The notes under the pieces were generated by a model. That model had not been told where the DNA came from. It searched no databases and saw nothing but the letters and a program-made list of their open reading frames with translations. From Pseudomonadales bacterium (GTDB lineage Bacteria > Pseudomonadota > Gammaproteobacteria > Pseudomonadales > Pseudohongiellaceae), in contig JANQSV010000087.1 of assembly GCA_028279115.1 (NCBI GenBank), positions 1 to 44,147 of the forward strand: 44,147 nucleotides of DNA, read 5' to 3'. Position numbers and translations under genes: made by a program. Below, piece by piece: positions 9,674 through 18,674 of the stretch; position 1 is the first letter of the stretch, and every line of letters starts with the position of its first letter.

Positions 9674-9755
9674 CGGCGAAATCATGCGTTTTCCGCAAAC
9701 GCTCCTAGACTTATCGACGAAGAATTTTTTCGTTTAGTTGGTAGGGAGCCGGATA

Positions 9756-10223
9756 ATGGAGCATACTTCGCACGACAGCTTGACCGTCGCCAGACGGATT
9801 GGGGAAGCGGGAATGGAGCAAACGCAGGCCGACGCCATAGCTTGGGCGATTCGTGACATCTTCAAGGAGGAGGCCGCGAAACTCGCCACCAAGGCTGACT
9901 TGGCTTTACTGAAAGGCGATATCGCCAAAGTCGAAGGCACGATCGCTGGCCTCGAAGGCAAGATCGCAGGAGTCGAAGGCAAGATCGCAGGAGTCGAAGG
10001 CACGATCGCAGGAGTCGAAGGCACGATCGCTGGCCTTGATGCCAAGATCGACACAGTCAAGTCAGAACTCAAGGACGAAATTTCTCACCTGCGCTCCGAT
10101 TTGTCGTGGATGCCGTTTCGTGTGTGCTGGTGGATGCTGCTGACGCTCGCCACCGCCGCCGGACTGCTGCTGACGGCGCAACAGTTATGGAATTCCGGTC
10201 TGGCGCAAAGCTTGTTCGGATGA
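9756..10223 (+). CDS. DUF1640-like coiled-coil protein with C-terminal TM helix and heptad tandem repeats
   Basis: ATG 9756 with GGGAG 7 nt upstream. The N-terminus ..LTVARRIGEAGMEQTQADAIAWAI.. and the following coiled-coil are DUF1640-like. The C-terminus has a hydrophobic helix (WWMLLTLATAAGLLL). Confidence 0.7.
   Translation: MEHTSHDSLTVARRIGEAGMEQTQADAIAWAIRDIFKEEAAKLATKADLALLKGDIAKVEGTIAGLEGKIAGVEGKIAGVEGTIAGVEGTIAGLDAKIDTVKSELKDEISHLRSDLSWMPFRVCWWMLLTLATAAGLLLTAQQLWNSGLAQSLFG
9930..10055 (+). repeat. In-frame 21-bp tandem repeat, about 6 units (VEGTIAG/LEGKIAG heptads)
   Basis: Units GTCGAAGGCA(C/A)GATCGC(A/T)GG(A/C) lie at 9930, 9951, 9972, 9993 and 10014, plus a degenerate unit at 10035. 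Confidence 0.9.
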
Positions 10224-10232
10224 GACAGCGAA

Positions 10233-11756
10233 ATGAGGCGAAGAGATTTTCTCAATGCAAGCATCGGGGCCGGAGTGGCCGTGCTGGCCGCCTCCGGCGC
10301 CGCCCGGCGCGCATTCGCCGCGGCTCTGCCGGCAAACATCACCGAGTTTTCCGCGCTCGATCTTTCCGCCGCCATCGCCGGGCGGGACGTAAGTTGTCTG
10401 GAAACGATGCAGGCCTACCTGGAACGTATCCACCGCTACAACCCCATATACAACGCCATCATCGGCATGTTGCCGGATGATGAATGCCTCGCCCTTGCCG
10501 AAACCGCGGATGCGGAACTCGCGCGCGGACAATACCGCGGCTGGATGCATGGCATGCCTCATGCGGTCAAGGACCTGACACCCGCCGCCGGGCTGCCTTA
10601 CACCAGCGGCTCGCCCCTGTTCGAGGACCGTATCGCCGAACAGGACGGCGCGGTTGCGGCAAGCATGCGCGCCGCGGGCGCGATCTTCATCGGCAAGACC
10701 AACGTTCCCGAATTCGGGCTCGGTTCACAATCCTACAATCCGGTCTGGGGCGCCACGGGCTGCGCCTACAACCCGGAACTGACCAGCGGCGGCAGCAGCG
10801 GCGGCGCGGCCTGCGGCATGGCCACGCAAATGCTGCCGATCGCGGACGGCAGCGACATGATGGGCTCGCTGCGCAATCCGGGCGCTTTCAATAACGTCAT
10901 CGGATTTCGCCCCAGCGCCGGCCTGGTCAGCGGCGACGATCCGTTCTCGCGCACCTTGTCGACTTCGGGCCCGATGGGAAGAAACACGGCGGACACCATC
11001 CGGCTGCTGCACACGTTGGCAATGGCGCCGGGGCCGGAGCAGCCGGCGGCATTGCGCCAGGCGCTGCCGGAGCCGGACGAGTATCGGCCGCTCGAACCGG
11101 CCGGACTGCGCATCGGCTGGCTCGGCGACTACGAAGGCTACCTGGCGATGGAACCCGGCATCATGGAATTGTGCGAAAGCAATCTGGCGACGCTGGAAGC
11201 CAATGGCGCCATCGTCGAGCCGGTAATGCCGCGCTTCGACATGGCGGAATTGTTCCAATGCTGGCTTGACCTGCGCAACCAGGGGCGTATCGGCATGCGG
11301 GAGTATTACGAGAATCCGGATCTGCGGCCGCTGCTCAAGCCGGAACTCGTCTGGGAAATCGAGATGGGCTACGAACTCGGCGCCGACGACATCTATCGGG
11401 CCAATGCAATCAGGCGGCGCTGGTACGCCGAAGTCAACCGGCTGTTCGAAAGCTGTGATTTCCTGATGCTGCCGACCACCCAGGTATTTCCGTTCCCGAA
11501 AACCACGCCCTGGCCTTCGGAGATCGATGGCCGCGCCATGGATACTTATCATCGCTGGATGGAAGTGGTCATCGGCGGCAGCCTCGCCGGCATTCCCGTG
11601 ATCAACATTCCGGCCGGCTTCGACGCCGGCGGACGCCCCATGGGCATGCAGGTCATGGGGTCCTTCGCCCGCGACCGCAGAGTGCTCGAATTCGCCCTGG
11701 GCTGGGATCGAATCACCGACCACCTCGCCCAAAGACCAGAACTCGTCTCGGCTTGA
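10233..11756 (+). CDS. amidase (amidase-signature family), Tat-exported
   Basis: Twin-arginine leader MRRRDFLNASIGAGVAVLAASGAARRAFA. AS-family motifs are GGSSGGAA and the Ser-rich GKTNVPEFG context. Confidence 0.9.
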   Translation: MRRRDFLNASIGAGVAVLAASGAARRAFAAALPANITEFSALDLSAAIAGRDVSCLETMQAYLERIHRYNPIYNAIIGMLPDDECLALAETADAELARGQYRGWMHGMPHAVKDLTPAAGLPYTSGSPLFEDRIAEQDGAVAASMRAAGAIFIGKTNVPEFGLGSQSYNPVWGATGCAYNPELTSGGSSGGAACGMATQMLPIADGSDMMGSLRNPGAFNNVIGFRPSAGLVSGDDPFSRTLSTSGPMGRNTADTIRLLHTLAMAPGPEQPAALRQALPEPDEYRPLEPAGLRIGWLGDYEGYLAMEPGIMELCESNLATLEANGAIVEPVMPRFDMAELFQCWLDLRNQGRIGMREYYENPDLRPLLKPELVWEIEMGYELGADDIYRANAIRRRWYAEVNRLFESCDFLMLPTTQVFPFPKTTPWPSEIDGRAMDTYHRWMEVVIGGSLAGIPVINIPAGFDAGGRPMGMQVMGSFARDRRVLEFALGWDRITDHLAQRPELVSA

Positions 11757-11774
11757 TCCCCCGGTCGGGATTTG

Positions 11775-11918
11775 CCCCCACCAAATGCGCTTCGCGCATT
11801 TGACTCCCCCTCAAGGGGGGGTGGCCGCCATTTCCTGGAATGGGAGCAAACCAGCCTCGAATGAACTTCCACTCCCCCTTTGGGGGGAGTCAAATCTGCA
11901 TGGCAGATTTGGTGGGGG
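11775..11918. repeat. C-type palindromic element (144 bp) with perfect 12-bp terminal inverted repeats
   Basis: Left arm: CCCCCACCAAAT-GCGCttcGCGC-ATTTGACTCCCCC. Right arm: GGGGGAGTCAAAT-CTGCatgGCAG-ATTTGGTGGGGG. Related units lie at 16537-16728 and 17761-17802. Confidence 0.85.
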
Positions 11919-12006
11919 AACCGCTATGGAAACCCCCATGGGGATCTACTTTAAACATCGTCGGTTGTCCGCCGAAATTCTGGTTAGCCGATTACGGAAA
12001 GAAACG

Positions 12007-13968
12007 ATGTATAAATGCCTGGCCTTGCTTGCCCTTTTTGCTTCGATTTTCGTCCCCGCCACATTCGCGGCTAAAGCCGAAAGCTGCGGCGCGGGTCAAT
12101 ATCGCACGCCGATCGGGGGCTGCTATCCCGTCTGGTACGGCCAGACCGAAAACGGCGGCTATTACACCATCGCCATTCCCGAAGGCTGGATGCCCGGCAA
12201 GGGACTGGCAATCTGGAATCACGGCCTGCAAACCTATCTCGGCGGAGATACGCTCGATGTGCTCGCCGCTGGTCTGCTTGGGGATGAGACCGCATCCGAC
12301 GTCAATGTCGATGGCGAAGTCGAGGTCGAGGTCGAGGTCGAGGTCGAGGTCGAACCCGGCCTCGGCCCAATTGCTAGCATCGTACTGTCCCGGGGCTACG
12401 CCATGGCCGCTTCGAGTTACCTGCAAACCGGCTGGGCGGTATTCGATTCGCACCTGGCGAACGGCGAGTTGTACGAGAAGTTTCTCGAAATCGCCGCCGA
12501 TTTCGGCCCCGGCCCTCCCGCTCCGCTCTACCTGCTCGGCGGCTCCCTGGGCGGCATCGTCAGCCTGCGCGACATCGAGGAGGATCTGATTCCCCAACCC
12601 GACGGCGCCCTGCTATTGTGCGGCGCCGTCGCGGGTTCGGAAAACTGGCGCAACGCCTACGACTTGCGCATGATCGCGGAGACTGTTTGCGCTGGCGATA
12701 GCCGAACCGCCTTTCCGACGCCCTGGTACGAGATTCCCGCCCTCGGCCGGGAGATCGACTGGATACGCGAACTCGACTCTTGCACCGCTTTATCGGGCCG
12801 CATTGCCGCGGACAACAGGCACGACGAACTGCAACGGGAAATCGACGACCTGCGGGCGCGAAAGGAAGTCGAGGACAATTTGCTCAGAGAGCTGGACCTG
12901 CAACAGCGAATCGGTCGGCGGGAAGCCGAACAACGTCTTGTAATCGAAACCTGGAAACATGTGTCCTCGAACCGGCAGGTGGACAACTACGAACGCATCC
13001 AGCGTCTCGCGCCGACGCGGTCCGCGGCGATGTTCACGGTCGGCATGTTTTACGGCACCTTCCTGTTGCCGCGGCTGATTCAGGAGCCCGGCAAGCTCGA
13101 TGGCCTGAATCCCTTTCATAATGTCGCCGTCGACTATGGCGACGAGCAAATCAATCGCGACATCACGCGCAGCATCGGCGTGCCCGCCGCGCGCCGGGTT
13201 CTGGCCCGGAATTACACTCCTTCCGGCGCCGTCGGCGACACCCGGATCGTCTCGATCCATACCTCGAAAGACGGCATCGTTTCGATGGAAAACCAGTCCA
13301 CATTGCAATCTCTGATAGCCCCAGAACAACTGAGCGTAGGAGTGATCGCCGAATCCGCGCCCTCCCATTGCGATTTTCGCGAGTCCGAAGTAATCGCGGC
13401 CTGGGATCTGTTGCAGGATTGGGTCGAGGGCGGCGGCCGGCCGGACATGGCGGACATGCAGGACGAATGCCGCGCGGTCGTCGCCCGCTCCGAGGCGGGT
13501 GAGTTTCCGAACGACTGGAACCGCGCTCCCGACAATGAGTTGCATCCCGGCAATCGCTGCCGCTACGCGCCGGATTTCGTCATCGGGCCGCAAGTGCAAT
13601 GGTATCCGCGGGAAGAAAAAGCCGGCAGCGCGGGCAGCAATATCTACGATGCCGCTACCGGAGTCATCTCGGTCGGCGAAGCCGAAGCGACGCTTGACGG
13701 CGGCAAGTCCATCCTGGCTTTCGAACTGGCGCCGTCGGACCCTGCCAAGCTGATTTTCGCGCCGCGGAACATCGAACAGGTCGGCGCCAAAAATGAATCC
13801 TGGCAGCATCGCGCCCTCGTCGACGGGCAGTTCCGCTTCTATCTGCCCGATCTGAGCGTGCGCAACGATCCGAATCTGGCGGATCGGCTGTTCAACGTCT
13901 ATATGCGCGTCAGCGACGATCTGCGGTTCGAATTCCTCGATTTCGAGGAAGCCGGTGCGGGACGCTAG
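12007..13968 (+). CDS. exported hypothetical protein, putative alpha/beta-hydrolase fold
   Basis: ORF 11785.. trimmed to ATG 12007 (MYKCLALLALFASIFVPATFAAKA signal peptide); the upstream part reads through the C-type repeat. A possible nucleophile elbow is LLGGSLGG. There is an internal charged coiled-coil segment (ELQREIDDLRARKEVEDNLLRELD). Function is not recognised. Confidence 0.7.
   Translation: MYKCLALLALFASIFVPATFAAKAESCGAGQYRTPIGGCYPVWYGQTENGGYYTIAIPEGWMPGKGLAIWNHGLQTYLGGDTLDVLAAGLLGDETASDVNVDGEVEVEVEVEVEVEPGLGPIASIVLSRGYAMAASSYLQTGWAVFDSHLANGELYEKFLEIAADFGPGPPAPLYLLGGSLGGIVSLRDIEEDLIPQPDGALLLCGAVAGSENWRNAYDLRMIAETVCAGDSRTAFPTPWYEIPALGREIDWIRELDSCTALSGRIAADNRHDELQREIDDLRARKEVEDNLLRELDLQQRIGRREAEQRLVIETWKHVSSNRQVDNYERIQRLAPTRSAAMFTVGMFYGTFLLPRLIQEPGKLDGLNPFHNVAVDYGDEQINRDITRSIGVPAARRVLARNYTPSGAVGDTRIVSIHTSKDGIVSMENQSTLQSLIAPEQLSVGVIAESAPSHCDFRESEVIAAWDLLQDWVEGGGRPDMADMQDECRAVVARSEAGEFPNDWNRAPDNELHPGNRCRYAPDFVIGPQVQWYPREEKAGSAGSNIYDAATGVISVGEAEATLDGGKSILAFELAPSDPAKLIFAPRNIEQVGAKNESWQHRALVDGQFRFYLPDLSVRNDPNLADRLFNVYMRVSDDLRFEFLDFEEAGAGR
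12316..12354 (+). repeat. Hexanucleotide microsatellite (GAGGTC)n encoding (Glu-Val)n
   Basis: GAAGTC followed by five perfect GAGGTC units and GAA, in frame, encoding EVEVEVEVEVEVE inside the 12007-13968 CDS. Confidence 0.9.
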
Positions 13969-13980
13969 TCGGCTCCCTCG

Positions 13981-14068
13981 TCATTCCGCGCGAAGTCGCG
14001 GAATCTCGTCCGGCTTTGCGCCATTCTCACCGAGATTCCGCGACTCCGCTTCGCTTCGCGCGGAATGA
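13981..14068. repeat. A-type palindromic element with perfect 15-bp terminal inverted repeats (88 bp)
   Basis: TCATTCCGCGCGAAG (13981-13995) is the exact reverse complement of CTTCGCGCGGAATGA (14054-14068). An inner pair is CGCGGAATCTCG ... CGAGATTCCGCG. Fills the gap between two convergent stop codons, so it may act as a bidirectional terminator. Confidence 0.85.
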
Positions 14069-14081
14069 CGGGGAAGCGGGG

Positions 14082-16430
14082 TCAGGGAAGTCGATAGGCG
14101 ATGATATAGCCGCCTTGCGGATCTTCTTCGTCGGCGGGCAGGGCGCGAAAACCGGATCCCGAGGTCGAATTGAAGACCGGAACGGTCACCACCACGGTCT
14201 GTTCGCCGGCAGGCGACAGATAGGTCATCGGCGTCGCATGCGCGGTGAAGGGCAGATCGGCGCGCCACAACTCCTCGCCGTTCATGATATGCGTCGCACG
14301 CACGGAATTGTCGAAAGCGCCCGATGAGAAGATCAGCCCGCCCGCGGTCGTGACCGTGCCGCCGCTTTGCGGTGTGCCGATGGTCAGCGGCACGCGGGTC
14401 GGAATGCCGAAGGGGCCGCTGTCCTTCGCCAGGCCGATCGGACGCTCCCAGAGCAGATCGCCGGTTTCGAGATCGACCGCGGCCATGATGCCGTAAGGCG
14501 GCTGGTTGCAGGGAATGCCGAGCGGCGACATGAAGCGCCGGGTATTGTGGGAATACGGTGTGCCCAACTGGTTGCCCTGGACGCCTTCCGGCAACTCGTC
14601 GCGGGGAATGAGAATCAGCCGGTTACCGACGATCATCGGGTTTACGACCATGATGTTGTTGACCTGATCGACACTGACGCTGCCCCAGTTGTGCCCGCCG
14701 GCATTGCCGGGAAACTGGAAGATCGGTTCGGTGCCGGGTACGGTGAAATGCCCGTCGTAGCGCATTTTCCTGTATTCGATCCGACACCAGAGTTGATCGA
14801 AAGGAGTAACGCCCCACATCATGTTCTCGGTGATGTCGTCGCGGAAGTGAGGCAGTTCGGTGGAAAAGGGCTGCGTCGGCGAAACGTAATCTTCGGGTAC
14901 GCCGCCTTCGGTGGGTACCGGCAATTCCTCCACCGCGAAGATCGGCTCGCCGGTTTCGCGATTCAACACGAAGACTTCGGAGCGCTTGGTCGGAACAAGC
15001 ACAGCCTTGACCATTTCGCCATTGTCTCCGGGCAGATCGATCAGCGTAGGTTGGGAAGGCACATCCCAATCCCAGATGTCATGGTGAACGGTCTGGAAAT
15101 GCCAGCGGGGGGCGCCGGTCTCGCCTTCGATGGCGACCACTGAACTCGCGAATTGATCGCTAACCTCCATGCGGTAGCCGCCGAAATAGTCGGGGGTCTC
15201 GTTGCCCGTGGGCGCGTAGATCAATCCGAGTTCTTCGTCGACGCTGAACAGGCTCCAGACGTTGGGAGTGCCTCGGGTGTAAACCTCTCCGGCCAGCGGT
15301 TCGGTATGGATGCCCGGCCGGCCCATGTCCCAGGCCCAGGCAAACTCGCCGGTGATCGCATTGAAGGCCCGCACCGCGCCCGAAGGTTCGCCCACCGACT
15401 GGTTGTCGAACACCCAGCCGCCGACCACCGCATTGCCGCGCACTATGCCCGGCGGGGATGTCTGGAAGTTGAAGATCAGCGGATCGTTGCCCATGTTGAT
15501 GGTCAGATCGACCTCGCCCTGGTCGCCGAATCCCAGGCAGCGCTCGCCGCTGAGCGCATCGAGCGCGATCAGGCGCGCATCGGTGGTGGCGGTAAGAATT
15601 CGTTCCCGGCAATCGCCCTGGTACTCGGGCGGCGCCGCGTAATATGAAACGCCGCGGCAGCCGGTAGTGAAATAACGCGCGGTTTCAAGATGCTCCGGAT
15701 CGATCAGCGGGTCGAACTGCCAGCGCAATTCGCCGCTGTCGGCATCGAGCGCGATGACCACGTTGCCGCCGGTGCAGACATAGAGCAAATCGCCGAGTTG
15801 CAGCGGTGTCGCCTTGAAGGAGCCGCCCTGCCCTGTGCGATAGGTCCATGCCACTTCGAGATCGGCGACGTTCCCGGCATTGATCTGATCCAGCGGCGAA
15901 TAGCGGCTGCCGCCGCGGTCGTTGCCATAGGCGGGCCAGTCGGTGTGCGTATTGACCGTATTGACGCCGCTGCGCGGCGCCGGGTCATTTACCTCGTAGC
16001 CGGCGTCCAGGAATACGACCAGCGCCGCGACCACCACGGTCGCCGGAACCGACCATCTGGCGATAGCTGATTGCAGCAGCGGCGGCGGCGAACCCTGGTG
16101 CAGCGAATTGCGGAACCAGGGCGTGACAAACCAGAGCCCGATCACGGCGAAGGGCGGAATACGCGGCGCCAGCGCCCATAGATCGGTACCCGCCTCCCAA
16201 AAGGACCAGACGATGGTCGCAACCAGCAAGCCGCCGTACAGCCACGCCCCGGACGGCTGGCGGCGCCAGATGCGATGCGCGCAGGAAAGCAATACCAGCC
16301 CCGCGAGAGCGTAATACAGCGAACCTCCCAGGAAAACGAGCTGCAGGCCGCCAATTACGAGCGGCGCGGCGATCAGAATGAGAATTGCGGGGAAAACGCG
16401 CGGCGGTTTGGAACTGGTCAGCGTATTCAT
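14082..16430 (-). CDS. gcd: membrane-bound PQQ-dependent dehydrogenase, glucose/quinate/shikimate family
   Basis: N-terminal multi-TM anchor (FPAILILIAAPLVIGGLQLVFLGGSLYYALAGLVLL) followed by a PQQ beta-propeller (RYSPLDQINAGNVADLEVAW, repeated W-motifs). 782 aa. Confidence 0.92.
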   Translation of the reverse strand: MNTLTSSKPPRVFPAILILIAAPLVIGGLQLVFLGGSLYYALAGLVLLSCAHRIWRRQPSGAWLYGGLLVATIVWSFWEAGTDLWALAPRIPPFAVIGLWFVTPWFRNSLHQGSPPPLLQSAIARWSVPATVVVAALVVFLDAGYEVNDPAPRSGVNTVNTHTDWPAYGNDRGGSRYSPLDQINAGNVADLEVAWTYRTGQGGSFKATPLQLGDLLYVCTGGNVVIALDADSGELRWQFDPLIDPEHLETARYFTTGCRGVSYYAAPPEYQGDCRERILTATTDARLIALDALSGERCLGFGDQGEVDLTINMGNDPLIFNFQTSPPGIVRGNAVVGGWVFDNQSVGEPSGAVRAFNAITGEFAWAWDMGRPGIHTEPLAGEVYTRGTPNVWSLFSVDEELGLIYAPTGNETPDYFGGYRMEVSDQFASSVVAIEGETGAPRWHFQTVHHDIWDWDVPSQPTLIDLPGDNGEMVKAVLVPTKRSEVFVLNRETGEPIFAVEELPVPTEGGVPEDYVSPTQPFSTELPHFRDDITENMMWGVTPFDQLWCRIEYRKMRYDGHFTVPGTEPIFQFPGNAGGHNWGSVSVDQVNNIMVVNPMIVGNRLILIPRDELPEGVQGNQLGTPYSHNTRRFMSPLGIPCNQPPYGIMAAVDLETGDLLWERPIGLAKDSGPFGIPTRVPLTIGTPQSGGTVTTAGGLIFSSGAFDNSVRATHIMNGEELWRADLPFTAHATPMTYLSPAGEQTVVVTVPVFNSTSGSGFRALPADEEDPQGGYIIAYRLP

Positions 16431-16536
16431 CGGCCAATCACCCGAGGCAGAGGTCTTGGCCGAATATACCCAAAATCACTTGTCCAATCGAGGTTGACCG
16501 GCAATTCTGATTTCGGCTGGATGTGGTTGCAAATTC

Positions 16537-16728
16537 GCCCCCACCAAAACCGCTGCGCGGTTTTGACTCCCCCAAGGGGGAGTATTCGGTTCCGCACAGG
16601 TGTTGAATACTCTCCCCTCTGGGGGAGTCGAATCTGCGGCGAAGTGCCGCAGCTGACGGTCTTTCCGAAATCGCGTTGAATACTCCCCCTCTGGGGGAGT
16701 CGAATCTGCGGAGCAGATTCGGAGGGGG
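16537..16728. repeat. C-type repeat cluster (three or more units) abutting the trhO stop codon
   Basis: CCCCCACCAAAAC-CGCtgcGCG-GTTTTGACTCCCCC, then two direct copies of GTTGAATACTC.CCCCTCTGGGGGAGTCGAATCTGCGG (16601-16640 and 16673-16711). Confidence 0.85.
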
Positions 16729-17751
16729 CTATTCCGCTGCGGGTTTTGACTTCCGCTGCTTTTCCTTGTGGCGCAGTTTTTCCTGTCGGCGTTCGCGCAT
16801 CAGGCCGGTCATGTCCTGACCGATGTGTTGTTCGCCTCTCGCGTGGGCGAGATCGACCTGGCGTTGGCGCTCGGCGAAACGCTTGGCTCGTTCTCCGGTC
16901 TGGCGTTCATGGCAATGAGGGCAACTGACACCCTTCTCGTAAAGCGGGCTTTCCTTGTCTTCGTCGGAAATGGGCATGCGGCAGGCGTGGCATTGGTCGT
17001 AGGAGCCCGGTTGCAGCCGGTGGTCCACGGTGACGCGGTTATCGAATACGAAACATTCGCCGCGCCAGCGTGAATCTTCCGGCGGCACGCTTTCCAGATA
17101 ACTCAGGATGCCGCCTTGCAGGTGATAGACCTCGTCGAATCCCTGCTGCTTGAGATACGCGGTGGATTTTTCGCAGCGGATGCCGCCGGTGCAGAACATC
17201 GCGATCTTGCGATGCTTCTCCGGATCGAGATTCTTGCCCACGTATTCAGGAAACTCGCGGAAGGAATCGGTTTCCGGGTTGACCGCGTTATCGAAACTGC
17301 CGATTTCCACCTCGTAGCGATTGCGGGTGTCGAGTACGAGCACTGCGGGATCGTCGATCAACTCGTTCCAACGTTCCGGAGCGACGTAGGCGCCGGCCAT
17401 GTGGCGCGGGTCGATGTCCGGCGCACCCATGGTGACGATTTCCCTTTTCAGTTTGACCCGGGTCCGATAGAAAGGATTTTCCTCGCTGCGGGACTCCCTC
17501 GCGCGCAGGTCGCGCAAGCGCGAATCGGCGCGAATTTTCGCGAGCACGGCGTCGATTCCCGCGTGGGAACCGGCGACAGTGCCGTTAATGCCTTCGGCGG
17601 CAAGCAGGACGGTGCCCCGCACATCGTGGCGCTGAAGTGCGTTCAGCAGCGGTTCTCTGAGGGATCGGAAATCGGGCAGCGCGGCGAACTTGTAGAACGT
17701 GCTGACCACTATTGCCGTTGAATCATTCATCGCTGACCATTTCGAAGCCAC
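16729..17751 (-). CDS. trhO: rhodanese-domain protein TrhO/YceA (UPF0176; tRNA U34 hydroxylase family)
   Basis: [15 protein letters not shown]-terminal domain, rhodanese active-site loop [10 protein letters not shown] and a C-terminal Cys cluster (CHAC...CPHC). The start is GTG 17751, and ATG 17730 is an alternative. Confidence 0.88.
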   Translation of the reverse strand: MASKWSAMNDSTAIVVSTFYKFAALPDFRSLREPLLNALQRHDVRGTVLLAAEGINGTVAGSHAGIDAVLAKIRADSRLRDLRARESRSEENPFYRTRVKLKREIVTMGAPDIDPRHMAGAYVAPERWNELIDDPAVLVLDTRNRYEVEIGSFDNAVNPETDSFREFPEYVGKNLDPEKHRKIAMFCTGGIRCEKSTAYLKQQGFDEVYHLQGGILSYLESVPPEDSRWRGECFVFDNRVTVDHRLQPGSYDQCHACRMPISDEDKESPLYEKGVSCPHCHERQTGERAKRFAERQRQVDLAHARGEQHIGQDMTGLMRERRQEKLRHKEKQRKSKPAAE

Positions 17752-17760
17752 TACCCACTA

Positions 17761-17802
17761 CCCCTCCGGGGGAGTCAAATTCGCGAAGCGAATTTGGTGG
17801 GG
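17761..17802. repeat. C-type repeat unit
   Basis: CCCCTCCGGGGGAGTCAAAT-TCGCgaaGCGA-ATTTGGTGGGG, in the 59-bp gap between sseA and trhO. Confidence 0.8.
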
Positions 17803-17810
17803 CCGGGCTG

Positions 17811-18662
17811 CTAATCGGTTACAACCGGCAAATGTCCCGGCGTGCCCCATTCGACCCAGGAACCGTCGTAGACCGAGACATCGTCAAGGCCGGCCTCGTG
17901 GGCCGCCAGCGCGATCACACAGGCAGTGATGCCCGAGCCGCAACTGCTTATGAGGCCGCGCTCGGGAGCGCCGAACTCGGCGAATATCTCGCGCAATTCG
18001 TCCGCCGGTTTCATCACGCCGTTTTCCAGCAGCCTCACGAAAGGCAGATTTTCGGCATTCGGCATATGCCCGCCGCGCAGTCCCGGCCGCGGTTCGGGGT
18101 CGACGCCACGGAAGCGTCCCGGCGAACGGGCGTCGAGTACCCGGCGCGTGTCGTCTTCGAGCGCTTCCAGCACCGCCCGGTAATCGCTGACCAGGTGCGG
18201 TCTGAAGTCGGCAGCGAAATCGCCTTTCGATTCCGCTTCGGCCAGTGAATCGGCCAGCGGCTTGTCCGCCGCAACCCAGGCAGGCAGTCCGCCGCCCAGC
18301 ACCGCGACATTGTCGTGGCCCATGGCGCGAAACATCCACCAGGCCCGCGGACTCGCGTACATGCCGCAATCGTCGTAGACCACCAGGGCCGAAGCGGCGT
18401 TGACGCCGAGCGTACGCACTTTCCGCTCGAAGATTTCAGGGCCTGGCAACATGTGCGGCAGCGAAGTATCCGGCTTGCACACGTTCTTGTCGTAATCGAA
18501 GCGGCGGGCGCCGGGAATGGCCTTGAACTGTCCTTCTGCGTTAACCGAGTTCAGGCCCGGCACTACCGGGGGCATCGAGGCGTCGAGCACGATGAGATTC
18601 GGCGCCGCCAGGTTGGCGGCCAGCCACGCGACATCGACCACTGCTGCGGGTACGGAAATCAT
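17811..18662 (-). CDS. sseA: 3-mercaptopyruvate/thiosulfate sulfurtransferase (tandem rhodanese)
   Basis: 283 aa with two rhodanese domains. Active-site loop CGSGITACV, and RFRGVDPEPRPGLRGGHMPNA is typical of SseA/MST. Confidence 0.9.
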   Translation of the reverse strand: MISVPAAVVDVAWLAANLAAPNLIVLDASMPPVVPGLNSVNAEGQFKAIPGARRFDYDKNVCKPDTSLPHMLPGPEIFERKVRTLGVNAASALVVYDDCGMYASPRAWWMFRAMGHDNVAVLGGGLPAWVAADKPLADSLAEAESKGDFAADFRPHLVSDYRAVLEALEDDTRRVLDARSPGRFRGVDPEPRPGLRGGHMPNAENLPFVRLLENGVMKPADELREIFAEFGAPERGLISSCGSGITACVIALAAHEAGLDDVSVYDGSWVEWGTPGHLPVVTD

Positions 18663-18674
18663 GGTCGGGGAAAT

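Noticed and set aside
9930-10055. Regular 21-bp repeats considered as a CRISPR-like array.
   Set aside because: The units are contiguous with no spacers, are in frame within a CDS and encode heptads. No cas genes are in the window.
13925-13936. GGTTCGAATTCC (also GGGTTCGAACTCC near 1089), resembling a tRNA T-arm.
   Set aside because: Both lie inside well-supported CDSs, and no acceptor or anticodon stems can be built around them.
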